Source: a virus (lineage: Duplodnaviria > Caudoviricetes). Taken from it: a stretch of DNA of 64,000 bases. The DNA lies in IMG/VR virus record IMGVR_UViG_3300020050_005097, positions 1 through 64,000 of that record, one strand, 5' to 3'. The notes beneath the pieces were generated by a model, which was not told the DNA's origin, did no database searches, and saw nothing but the letters and a program-made list of their open reading frames with translations. This document shows, one piece after another, positions 16,787-25,251 of the stretch. The position numbers and the translations under genes are program-made. Position 1 is the stretch's first letter. Every line of letters begins with the position of its first letter.

Positions 16787-17331
16787 TCTCCCGGCAGAGT
16801 ATCGAAGACCGTACCCTGAATGTTGAAGTTCAAGACAAATTCGTTCACGACACGCTGCTTCTCAAGATCCCCAAACGAAATGGCTCCGATGCTTGGGGTA
16901 ATCCAACCCATGAGAGCTCCGTAAGAAGTTCGTTCGAACCCAAGGGCATCGTAGACTTCGTTGAGGAAGACATGGCCACGGGCGTGAAGGAGATCATTGA
17001 AGTAGTTCAATTGACACCGGAGAAACAGCTTGTTAAGTTCGCCATTCTTCTTCCAATGACGAGAAGTCGAGTCGAACACTCGGTCATGTTTCGACATGAG
17101 CTGCGTCGGGTTTTGGTCCTCTTCGAACTTCTTCGGCATGATCAACTCTACTACGTCAATAGGCGTGAAGGTCCAACCGCGGGAACCATTGTACAAAGTA
17201 TCAAACGTGGCCGTAAAACTATGGTTATCGCCACAGATATCGATGATGGTACATTCGTTCAAATCTCTTGACGAGAGAAGAACGTCTCCAACACGAAGGC
17301 ATGTGGCAAAGGTCTTAATTGTACGAGTCAT
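16771..17331 (-). CDS. Protein with C-terminal DUF6353-like domain (paralogue of 45258..46112)
   Basis: [38 protein letters not shown] vs [38 protein letters not shown]. Confidence 0.7.
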   Translation of the reverse strand: [186 protein letters not shown]

Positions 17332-17336
17332 TATTA

Positions 17337-17355
17337 CTCCTTAGTTAGGTGAATT
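17337..17355 (-). promoter_or_regulatory. Start-associated motif AATTCACCTAACTAAGGAG
   Basis: Identical copies at 17988-18006 and 18362-18380; variants at 22505, 23057, 25000, 28876, 31529, 35692; always fused to the RBS. Confidence 0.75.
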
Positions 17356-17509
17356 AGAAATCGTTGACAAGGCCGGCTAAGCCTACGTCGTCATGGTTTC
17401 GACTTTCATCGACAAACCACGTGTGCATTTTAGTAGTACCCCCTGGTGTAGCGCAGCAAAGCCACACAAGAACTTGCTTGTAGTCGTTGGCTAGATACAT
17501 GAAGTCCAT
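17354..17509 (-). CDS. 51-aa protein ending HDDVGLAGLVNDF (C-terminal motif family)
   Basis: Hand translation; TAATG-coupled to upstream gene. Confidence 0.6.
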   Translation of the reverse strand: MDFMYLANDYKQVLVWLCCATPGGTTKMHTWFVDESRNHDDVGLAGLVNDF

Positions 17510-17982
17510 TACTCTGGTGTCCGATCGATAATCCGATATGGATGTTCGGTATCGAAATCGCCGGTGTGTGGGAAGAACGGTTTGAAATATGACCCGGGGT
17601 AGGTCTTACTCTCAAGGGCAAAGAACTCACACGCTTCGTGAGTCTCCACATCAACAATCCGGTCCAGCAACCACCGGCGCATATCGGCTTCAGAGAACAT
17701 CACCGCTTCGGGAGGGATTACAAACGTATGCTGCACGACGAATGGCCGATCGATATCTTGGAATGTGATTGTGTCCGTAACGTCTCGATAATCCATACTG
17801 AAACTCATATCAGGAACACGCCGATTCGATTCGTGTCTACCAGTCGAATCCGTGCACTTGATGTCGATCCGAAAGCGGAATGGTTCAAGGTAGTTGAACG
17901 CCCAACCCTCTTTGTAGTGCAACCGCTTGATCATGCCGATCAGATCTGGCGATGGTGATAGTTCGTCTGTATGTTGAACCAT
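17509..17982 (-). CDS. Conserved actinophage-type hypothetical protein
   Basis: Preceded by start-associated motif; WLLDRIVDVETHEACEFF. Confidence 0.65.
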   Translation of the reverse strand: MVQHTDELSPSPDLIGMIKRLHYKEGWAFNYLEPFRFRIDIKCTDSTGRHESNRRVPDMSFSMDYRDVTDTITFQDIDRPFVVQHTFVIPPEAVMFSEADMRRWLLDRIVDVETHEACEFFALESKTYPGSYFKPFFPHTGDFDTEHPYRIIDRTPE

Positions 17983-17991
17983 TATTACTCC

Positions 17992-18198
17992 TTAGTTAGG
18001 TGAATTAACCTTCCTACTCAGCCCCTCGGGCTTATGCTTGTGGCAGAACTTGTTATTGAACCGATCCTGCCAAATCACGTCACCCTCACAAACCCCAAGC
18101 GCCATGGAGCACCAACGATAAAAGCATCCGTTGTCGGGGCCCATAGCATACTCCTTGCCCTCATAGACCATGAAGGGCCACTTCTCGTCGGTGTCCAT
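17992..18198 (-). CDS. Hypothetical Cys-rich protein
   Basis: GGAG RBS. Confidence 0.5.
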   Translation of the reverse strand: MDTDEKWPFMVYEGKEYAMGPDNGCFYRWCSMALGVCEGDVIWQDRFNNKFCHKHKPEGLSRKVNSPN

Positions 18199-18389
18199 TA
18201 CATCTCCTACTACCGCTTCTTACGAAGCCTCAAGATGTGGCCAAGCCCATTCTGAAGGATTTGTGGGTCTGGGGTGTTCTGGACGACCTCGTCTTTCTGC
18301 CGCTGGCTCTTCGGGGTGTTCTTACGGGGAAGGTACTTACCATGCTTTAACTTCATTATTGCTCCTTAGTTAGGTGAATTGATAGAGGG

Positions 18390-18463
18390 TGTTAGGACTT
18401 AGGGCTAACGCGCCCAAGGAGAGACGCTTGAATAGTTTCCACATCAAGACCCATATCCTAACA
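18390..18463 (-). ncRNA. Structured element immediately 3' of tRNA-Leu
   Basis: Closing stem UGUUAGGA/UCCUAACA enclosing two hairpins (CUUGA/UCAAG and CUUGGGC/GCCCUAAG). Confidence 0.45.
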
Positions 18464-18465
18464 AG

Positions 18466-18549
18466 TGTCCGCGGTGGGATTCGAACCCACACAGCCGTTA
18501 GGCCCAGGGTGTTTAAGACCCCTATGTCTACCTATTCCATCACGCGGAC
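18466..18549 (-). tRNA. tRNA-Leu(UAA)
   Basis: Acceptor GTCCGCG/CGCGGAC, anticodon loop CT-TAA-AC, long variable arm, GTGGG-TTCGAAT-CCCAC T arm; no encoded CCA. Confidence 0.92.
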
Positions 18550-18555
18550 AAACCT

Positions 18556-18828
18556 TCACATCACGAGCTTGCACATCTCTCGGATGATTTGTAGAACCAG
18601 AGTAACTGAAGCCTTATATAGCGGATCGTTAATTAATCGATCTACATTGGGAGTCCAGTCATCATGATCGTGCGGGATGATAGTGGCATATTCACGCCAA
18701 CTTGGCCCGTAGCAAGCCTCGACCCTTTCGGCAAGAGGAACCACCCGATCCCATGTGCAATGGTAGGTGAAATGCGTCACAAGTCCACGAGCTCCTTGGA
18801 GAACCGGATCGTATGTCTTGATCCCCAA
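18556..18828 (-). CDS. Hypothetical protein
   Basis: Operonic ORF. Confidence 0.5.
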   Translation of the reverse strand: MGIKTYDPVLQGARGLVTHFTYHCTWDRVVPLAERVEACYGPSWREYATIIPHDHDDWTPNVDRLINDPLYKASVTLVLQIIREMCKLVM

Positions 18829-18974
18829 CCCATCCCACCCTCAAATCGTCGCCAACCCTCAGCACACTTTCGATACGTGCTGTAACCGTGAGAGGTCGCT
18901 AGAACCTTCCCATTTCTGGCCTTGTACCGATAGGCGAACTTCTTGTCTTCGGTGATGAAGAATTCGACAATCAC
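18777..18974 (-). CDS. YegP/DUF1508-like protein
   Basis: FAYRYKARNGKVLATSHGY. Confidence 0.65.
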   Translation of the reverse strand: MIVEFFITEDKKFAYRYKARNGKVLATSHGYSTYRKCAEGWRRFEGGMGWGSRHTIRFSKELVDL

Positions 18975-19651
18975 GATGCCTCCTCTTGGGCTTTACGAAC
19001 CTTGCGTTCCTGCCTGGCGTTCTGGTACTGGCGGTAACCAAGAACACAAGTAGCGCAGTGGCATCCGTAGTTCACGTAACCACTGCGCCCATGCGTCGGA
19101 GGAGTTGCCCCCTTACGACGCTCCCGGCCCTTCTTGTTCGAGATGGACCCCTGGAGCTTGCACTCAGGGCATCGACACCGCCAATTGGTGTAACCGGATA
19201 AAGTCCCGTGCGGGATACGATCTTCGGACTGTGACTCCATCCACTTCTTATGACGATCAGAGTTCGCTTTCGTGCACGGCTCGCATTTGCACCCGTTTTG
19301 GTAACACTGAACGGTGCCGTGGGTGTCTTTCTTCAACACTAACGGGGCCGTTTCAATCCCAAACCGTCGCATAACGTCGCAAACAGTGTCGTATGGATAC
19401 CCGGATCGTTCCGCGATCTCGTGCCGAGTAAGACCTTCGTCGGCCAACTCAGAAAAGATCTTGAACCGCTTTTCGGCCTCTATCTTTTGTGACCGAACAG
19501 TAACACCAGCCCGATTGGCGATCTGACGAACGCGCTCTCGGGTAAGTCCATACGAATCCCCAATTGCCTGGAGAGTTTCCCCCGCAGCAACCCGCCGTGC
19601 AATTTCAGCATTACGTTCGACGTTCTGTGGCTTTGGTCCACGTTTGCCCAT
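18971..19651 (-). CDS. HTH (sigma region 4-like) DNA-binding protein with three HG..Y..C-C-C zinc repeats
   Basis: GETLQAIGDSYGLTRERVRQI, a second HTH, then HGTVQCYQNGCKCEPC / HGTLSGYTNWRCRCPEC / HGRSGYVNYGCHCATC. Confidence 0.75.
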   Translation of the reverse strand: MGKRGPKPQNVERNAEIARRVAAGETLQAIGDSYGLTRERVRQIANRAGVTVRSQKIEAEKRFKIFSELADEGLTRHEIAERSGYPYDTVCDVMRRFGIETAPLVLKKDTHGTVQCYQNGCKCEPCTKANSDRHKKWMESQSEDRIPHGTLSGYTNWRCRCPECKLQGSISNKKGRERRKGATPPTHGRSGYVNYGCHCATCVLGYRQYQNARQERKVRKAQEEAS

Positions 19652-19665
19652 GTTGAGCTCCTTTG

Positions 19666-19974
19666 TTAGGCCTCTTCTTGAGGCGTGTACTGTCCTCTAG
19701 TCACTCGTCTGATGGTGTCGGAAGATACCCCGAACAACTTGGCGATGGAATGCTGAGTCTTGAAGTTGCGATGCAGCCGCTTGATTTCAGCAACCTGCTG
19801 TGCGGTCAGTTTCGGCTTCCCGTAGCTGTTCATGCCGTCGCTGGTACGTTTGTAAACCACGTCATAGTGGGCTTTACAATACCCCGCCACATTACCTCTG
19901 GCCCTACAATCCTCGTACTTGCATTGCTTTGAGAGACTCACTTCGACCTCCAGAAGTTCTTGATCAACCACCAT
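19666..19974 (-). CDS. Zinc finger + HTH protein
   Basis: CKYEDC...YCKAHY; TQHSIAKLFGVSSDTIRRV. Confidence 0.7.
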   Translation of the reverse strand: MVVDQELLEVEVSLSKQCKYEDCRARGNVAGYCKAHYDVVYKRTSDGMNSYGKPKLTAQQVAEIKRLHRNFKTQHSIAKLFGVSSDTIRRVTRGQYTPQEEA

Positions 19975-20140
19975 GCGGTTCCGAGCACTGCCTTACGGTC
20001 CAGCCACGTCACCCGGGTGGAATATGACGACTTCACAAGCAGCCGCCCGTTGATTTCGATGAACAACAACTCGTTGGTGCAATTCCAAGCAGCGCAACAG
20101 CAATGCGCCGTGCGTCTGTGTACTTCCGAACGTTTCTCAC

Positions 20141-20488
20141 TCACGAATGCTCCCTAAAATTATGAAGCTCGAGAGCTTCTTGGGCGTCTGGTCTTGTTCC
20201 GTACTTCTTCGACTGCCAGATGCAGTGATAGCAACGGGCAATATAGTCACGGTTCATTTCGTAGACAACCTCGGAAACAACCGTGTGATCGATCTTGTGC
20301 TCTTCAATTTTCCTGGGCTTACGCAGACGATCGTGATCCGTGTAAGCATGAGCGACCTTCTTGACGGTCAACCCATAAGCTGCCGCAACCTCCTTAACAC
20401 TGACCCCAGAATCAATGAGATCAATGAGCCGGTCGGTCGACGACTTTCTGTTCCATGGATCCGGTTGGGATCCTGCTGAATGGAGCAT
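20141..20488 (-). CDS. HTH + zinc-finger protein
   Basis: GVSVKEVAAAYGLTVKKVAH; ARCYHC...H. Confidence 0.55.
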   Translation of the reverse strand: MLHSAGSQPDPWNRKSSTDRLIDLIDSGVSVKEVAAAYGLTVKKVAHAYTDHDRLRKPRKIEEHKIDHTVVSEVVYEMNRDYIARCYHCIWQSKKYGTRPDAQEALELHNFREHS

Positions 20489-20657
20489 TTTGCTTCCTCT
20501 TCTAGTGCCTGTAGGATACTTTCTTGCAGGTTGTGGATGAAGGCATGGATTTCCTCGAAGTCTTCCGTGCTGTAATCCAGCAAACCCTCACTCAGAAACG
20601 AGACGTTGTTGTCATCGGCGAGATGGATAATTATTTCTTCTCGGTCCATACGGCTCC

Positions 20658-21038
20658 CTAGTTAGGTTCCATACGTGGAAGGGTTGTGATTTGACAATCA
20701 AGGCCGAGGCTGTTGAAGATGTTCTTGATGTTCTTTGCCCCTACCGGGTTCTGTGAGTGGACCAGAATAACACAATCATGCAGGATCCCAGAAGGATCAT
20801 ACTTCTGGATCAGCGCAACCTGCTTTGCCACCAACGCCGCATCACTTTTACTTGCACTACCAAGATCATGATCAAACCAGATCTGAGTGATATCCTCGGT
20901 GGCATCTGAAGGCAGGAAGTTTGTCTCGGTTGCCCATTCGGCAAAGAACAACATCGCTTCCTGGCTCGTGCGAAGATATACTACTTCCGTTTCCCACATG
21001 TTGGCAAACGTTCTTTCGTCATCGATTACGACAATCAT
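20658..21038 (-). CDS. Cyclic-phosphate-processing receiver-like domain protein
   Basis: IVVIDDER, IWFDHDLG, VHSQNPVGAKNI; start moved to MIVVIDD. Confidence 0.65.
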   Translation of the reverse strand: MIVVIDDERTFANMWETEVVYLRTSQEAMLFFAEWATETNFLPSDATEDITQIWFDHDLGSASKSDAALVAKQVALIQKYDPSGILHDCVILVHSQNPVGAKNIKNIFNSLGLDCQITTLPRMEPN

Positions 21039-21056
21039 TTTGACTCCTAGGTTAGG

Positions 21057-21092
21057 GAAAGAAAGCAACACCCCGTGTTGATTGGGGTATTG
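21057..21092 (-). terminator. Intrinsic terminator
   Basis: gcaacacccc/ggggtattgc stem, then TTTCTTTCC. Confidence 0.65.
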
Positions 21093-21110
21093 CGGGGACT
21101 TCTGTGGGGG

Positions 21111-21377
21111 TTACTTGTGGGTGTTCTCGTACTTGTCGATTTCCTTCTGGCTTTCGTCCAAGATGATCTGTAGCTTGATCTTCTGGTCGATGATATCGAC
21201 GAACATCTCGTTCAAGTCGACCATGTTTGGTTCCGAAATGGTGGTGAATTCGGATTCGGTATGGCGGATCTTGGCGAGAAGCACGTCGCAATCAGCGAGG
21301 CCTCGGATGGCTGCGGACTTGTTGGAGCGGGCCATGTTGTAGGCGAGCTCGTCAAGCATTGAGTGTATATCTTTCAT
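21111..21377 (-). CDS. Cassette-type gene, 88 aa
   Basis: Between promoter copy 12 and terminator; C/G-ending codons. Confidence 0.7.
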   Translation of the reverse strand: MKDIHSMLDELAYNMARSNKSAAIRGLADCDVLLAKIRHTESEFTTISEPNMVDLNEMFVDIIDQKIKLQIILDESQKEIDKYENTHK

Positions 21378-21397
21378 TGCAACTCCTTCTGTTGTCC

Positions 21398-21422
21398 TAT
21401 TATAGGAGTTGTTATTCTTGCT
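21398..21422 (-). promoter_or_regulatory. Promoter motif copy 12 (AGCA variant)
   Basis: AGCA AGAATA ACA ACTCC TATAATA. Confidence 0.65.
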
Positions 21423-21962
21423 AGGTCAAAACGAATTCGAGATTAGGTTATCGAGTTTCCGAATCGCACGACCCATTCGCTCAATATCCCGCTCGACAAA
21501 CCCAATCAGATGCTGCGGCTTACCGTTACGTCGCATGTTGCGGACGTTGTTGATCTTGTCCTTGCGTCGACGATTGACTGAACTTCGATAGATGATGATC
21601 TCACTCAAAGTAAAGGTACCGTCGATTGGCTTGTTTAGCTCTTCGTCAGTGAATAACATTAGACCCTTTCCATCGCGGCGATCTTCTTACGCGCCATTCG
21701 AATATGTCGTTGGATCATGTAGTACGTAAGTGAAAACAGCGTTACAGCAAACCCCACTCCGCAAATAAGGGCTGCGATAAACGCCACCATCACGATAAAG
21801 ATGGTTTCCATTGCTCTACTCCATTTCTTGCTCCTGGATGGAATCCGCAGAGAAGTTGGATGATTCGATTGCAATGCGTGCAGTCCCACGAAGGATATAG
21901 GTCGCCGATTGGGGCCACCATGTGCTTGCTTCGTTGGAATATGACTTCCTGGTATTCAAGCA

Positions 21963-22127
21963 TTAAAACCCCTGGACTAGTGCGGTCATTGGAATTCCGT
22001 CGTGTGTTTCCCAATCGTGTAACTCATCCATGAAAACGGTTTTTACACGATATAGACATGTTCCATCCCATAGAACCCATGAAATACAGAACATCTCTAT
22101 TGTGAAATCTGTTCCGACGAAGATCAT
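21963..22127 (-). CDS. 54-aa protein ending HDGIPMTALVQGF
   Basis: Hand translation; TGATG/TAATG coupling on both sides. Confidence 0.65.
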   Translation of the reverse strand: MIFVGTDFTIEMFCISWVLWDGTCLYRVKTVFMDELHDWETHDGIPMTALVQGF

Positions 22128-22282
22128 CAGAAGTCCTGCACTAATGCAGATAGAGGGACGTCATCGAACCAAGGGGTGTCAAGTAGAATTTCTCCCACAT
22201 TAAGCATTCTCATATGAGTCCCCTTGAAGTGCATACGGAATGACAACCAACGTGGACTTGATACAACAAAGACTCTGATCAT
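22127..22282 (-). CDS. 51-aa protein ending FDDVPLSALVQDF
   Basis: Hand translation; TGATG coupling. Confidence 0.65.
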   Translation of the reverse strand: MIRVFVVSSPRWLSFRMHFKGTHMRMLNVGEILLDTPWFDDVPLSALVQDF

Positions 22283-22497
22283 CAGAACCCACTAACCAAT
22301 GCCGACAGCGGGATACCATCTCTGGTCTCGCCCTTGTTCCGCCAGAAGGTGTTCAGACCTCTCTTCGCCATGAGGAAGCGATGCACAAAACCCGGATGGA
22401 TTTGCCCGTCATATAGCAAGAACCATTCCTGCCAGATATCTTCCAACTTAACCCCGCCTTGTTCTTGCGGTTTAAGTGGTGCGACTCTCAACGCCAT
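22282..22497 (-). CDS. 71-aa protein ending RDGIPLSALVSGF
   Basis: Start-associated motif and RBS upstream. Confidence 0.7.
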   Translation of the reverse strand: MALRVAPLKPQEQGGVKLEDIWQEWFLLYDGQIHPGFVHRFLMAKRGLNTFWRNKGETRDGIPLSALVSGF

Positions 22498-22520
22498 TAC
22501 GTTTCTCCTTTGTAGGTGAA

Positions 22521-22907
22521 TTAGAACACAACCCAATCGGGCTGCACTTCGATCAGATCAACGGGCTCTTCGCCAGGAGCCCACTGGCAGTAATTTACCT
22601 CCAACCCATGCGGAGCAAGATGATTATGCACACGGTGCTCGCACCCGTCAGCTTTCCATCCGAACTCTCCGCCATAGATGGTCCAGATCTCTACTGGCTG
22701 TGGTTCGCAATGACAATCTGGTTCGGGCATCCTCTTTCCACGGTTATCAAATGCTTCATCAGCTGTGTCGAATAGCAACGCACTCAGAATATCGGAGGTG
22801 CCGCTGTAGACAGTCCACTTGATAGTGCCGTCTTCGAGTCTTACCAAGGCAGATCCGCTAGACATCAGACCTCCGTAAGGTTGTCGATATGGAACATCAT
22901 CAAGCAT
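22521..22907 (-). CDS. Hypothetical protein
   Basis: Operonic ORF. Confidence 0.55.
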   Translation of the reverse strand: MLDDVPYRQPYGGLMSSGSALVRLEDGTIKWTVYSGTSDILSALLFDTADEAFDNRGKRMPEPDCHCEPQPVEIWTIYGGEFGWKADGCEHRVHNHLAPHGLEVNYCQWAPGEEPVDLIEVQPDWVVF

Positions 22908-23106
22908 CTGGCAGTACCATCGTCCCCAGCGTCACCAACCCAAAATACAATTCGTAGACTTGGGAATGCGTGTGAAACATCAACCACATACCCAGTTCCC
23001 CAGAACTCTGGCTCATGCTTTGCTCGCACTTCTGCGAATTGTTTGAACATTCACTTCCCCTTTGTAGGTGAATTGAAAAAAGATGAAGCCGTGATTTGGC
23101 TTCTCT

Positions 23107-23131
23107 CATTATAGCGCTTGTTATTGCTGCG
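23107..23131 (-). promoter_or_regulatory. Promoter motif copy 13
   Basis: CGCA GCAATA ACA AGCGC TATAATG. Confidence 0.75.
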
Positions 23132-23138
23132 AGATCAG

Positions 23139-23235
23139 CATAAGTAGTAGGAACGGCTCAGCATAGCACCGTGGTTTGGCCTCGGCTCCACCGTCGTGGA
23201 TTTCGCCTACACTCTAGAAATGCCCACTACTTATG
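23139..23235 (-). ncRNA. Structured element immediately 3' of tRNA-Lys
   Basis: Perfect 10-bp closing stem CAUAAGUAGU/ACUACUUAUG; inner hairpin UCCAC-GACG-GUGGA. Confidence 0.45.
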
Positions 23236-23240
23236 ATCTG

Positions 23241-23314
23241 TGCCCCCGGTGGGATTCGAACCCACGATCTGCAAATTAAAAGTTTGCTGCCTTAACCAGC
23301 TTGGCTACAGGGGC
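23241..23314 (-). tRNA. tRNA-Lys(UUU)
   Basis: Acceptor GCCCCTG/CGGGGGC, anticodon arm GCAAA-CTTTTAA-TTTGC, T arm GTGGG-TTCGAAT-CCCAC; no CCA. Confidence 0.92.
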
Positions 23315-23538
23315 TAAACCGTTACTTCAAATGCCGAATGTTGATCACGTCTCGAGGAGGAACACCGAACAAACCCTCACCATCCTCGAACATCACCATG
23401 TCGCCAGAAATATCAGCAACCGTCTTTCCAGTAGGCACACCAATACCAACAACAGAAATCGGCATGTCGTCGGCGACCATGAGGCAGTACTCGACACGGA
23501 TTTCTCCGTCACGGTTACGCCACGTCAACTCAATAGCT

Positions 23539-23865
23539 TTACCCACGGACGTTTCTCCGTTCGTTGTATGTGGTGGCGAATTCGTCCCAGGTCTTGACAG
23601 AGTTACCAATGGCAATCCGGTTGTTCTCTTGGAACTTCGGGTATTCGACGATCATGATGTCGCTAAGCACCTCTTCTTCAACCGCGCCCTGCGACACCAC
23701 CCACAGCGCACCATCCTCGAACAAGATCTCGAAATAGATGCCAAACCATGCGCTGAAGCCATCCGCGTAATAAACATACCCGGGGACGCCCTCAACCTGG
23801 ATGTTCACCGCGGGGATGAACGTCTCACCCAACCGCACACAATTGCCTACCTGCTCAGGTTTCAT
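23539..23865 (-). CDS. Hypothetical protein
   Basis: Operonic ORF. Confidence 0.55.
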   Translation of the reverse strand: MKPEQVGNCVRLGETFIPAVNIQVEGVPGYVYYADGFSAWFGIYFEILFEDGALWVVSQGAVEEEVLSDIMIVEYPKFQENNRIAIGNSVKTWDEFATTYNERRNVRG

Positions 23866-24362
23866 TCATCTGCTTTCTTTTGAGTAGTTCGTTCGACAGT
23901 AAAAAGAACGTCGCCAGTATCGATGTCTTCCTGCTTGAACATTGACATGGCTGGTGGATTTAACAGGAGGTCCTTTGGAATTCGCACAGGCTCACCGACG
24001 GCATCCAGCACCAAATATAACAACTGCCGTGTTTCACGCAACTCGATTTCTGGATGCGAATCTAGATGGGCTCGAATCTTGGCAAAGGTAAGTGCTTCTG
24101 GCGGAATATCAACTCTTTCGCCCATTCTTAGCCACCCGATCCTTCTCAACCTGCTCCATCAGACGGTCGTAGAACTCCGAAGCAAGCGCAGGATCGACAG
24201 TTTCGTACAGGGTCTTCACATCCACCGCGACGCTGGTCTTCAGGTCACGAACCTTACGGAACTCCTGAATGGCGAACTGGTAGGCTGCGGATTTCGTCTG
24301 GGATTCGACGGTGACGATTGCCGACTTTTCTCCGGCCTTAAGCCATAGTACGTAAAACATGG

Positions 24363-24740
24363 TCATCCTCTCGACATTAGTTCGGTTTTCCCTGGGGGGA
24401 TTGGATCTTCATGCATGACAAACCCCGCCGTTACGCTACTGGCCCGTGGAAATTCATATCCTCCAGCCGGCTTGCCACCACGCGTATCGCCCTCGTTGTC
24501 GTCAGGCTCATCTTGATCAACCAACGGCGGTGGAATATCCGTCGGGAGAAGAGGCTCAAAGCTCCAGCAATCCTTTCCCTGCTGCTCATCCCAACAGCGA
24601 ATGAGACGAACCCGCGAACCGTCCTCCGCATTGAAGCTGACCTTCCACACCGACATGTCTTTCTCGGCATGGTTGAATGCGAGTCGAAGGGAGTCGAAGA
24701 ACTGCAACGCACCTGCTTCATTACGTGTCTGTACTTCCAT
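24363..24740 (-). CDS. Hypothetical phage protein
   Basis: AAGGA RBS; WKVSFNAEDGSRVRLIR. Confidence 0.6.
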   Translation of the reverse strand: MEVQTRNEAGALQFFDSLRLAFNHAEKDMSVWKVSFNAEDGSRVRLIRCWDEQQGKDCWSFEPLLPTDIPPPLVDQDEPDDNEGDTRGGKPAGGYEFPRASSVTAGFVMHEDPIPPGKTELMSRG

Positions 24741-25054
24741 TGATTAGTCCTTTCGGTGTTGCCCGCGGTGGATTAGGGGGAGACAGCCGGGCATGTGCCG
24801 TCCAGCCAACTCGTCAAATATAGCGTAGTACTCAAGAGAGATCTCTCGAAGCCGCTTCCTACTATCAGCAGCCTTACCAAGATCACTCTTATTGTCGGTA
24901 AGCCATTGCATTCTTCGCAACAACCTATCGGTGTCGATGTTACCGACCTTAGAGATATGAACCCTTGTAGAGGCCGGCACGATTTGAGCCATTATCATTC
25001 TCCAATGGTTGGTGAATCAAAAAAGAAGAGGGGCCTTTTTTAGCTTCGGGGGAA

Positions 25055-25245
25055 GCAAGTCATGCCCAGGACTATGGTAACCGCGGCCGCTGTGGAGCCC
25101 GTCACCTCTGTGATACCCACTCCTGAATATCACAGCTTCGGCGGCCTGACCTGTCAAACCCATACACGGCCACGCGATGGGGACAGCAGACTGTAGAAAT
25201 ATCAAGCTTCACCGGCGGAGGTGAGCTTTGACTTCCTAGCGCCGA
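25055..25245 (-). ncRNA. Candidate structured ncRNA (~190 nt)
   Basis: Intergenic; helices UCAAAGCUCACC/GGUGAAGCUUGA, CUGUC/GACAG, CCCAU/AUGGG, GGCCGC/GCGGCC and CUGUGAUAUUC/GGGUAUCACAG, with G-U pairs on the minus strand. Confidence 0.55.
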
Positions 25246-25251
25246 GAACTA

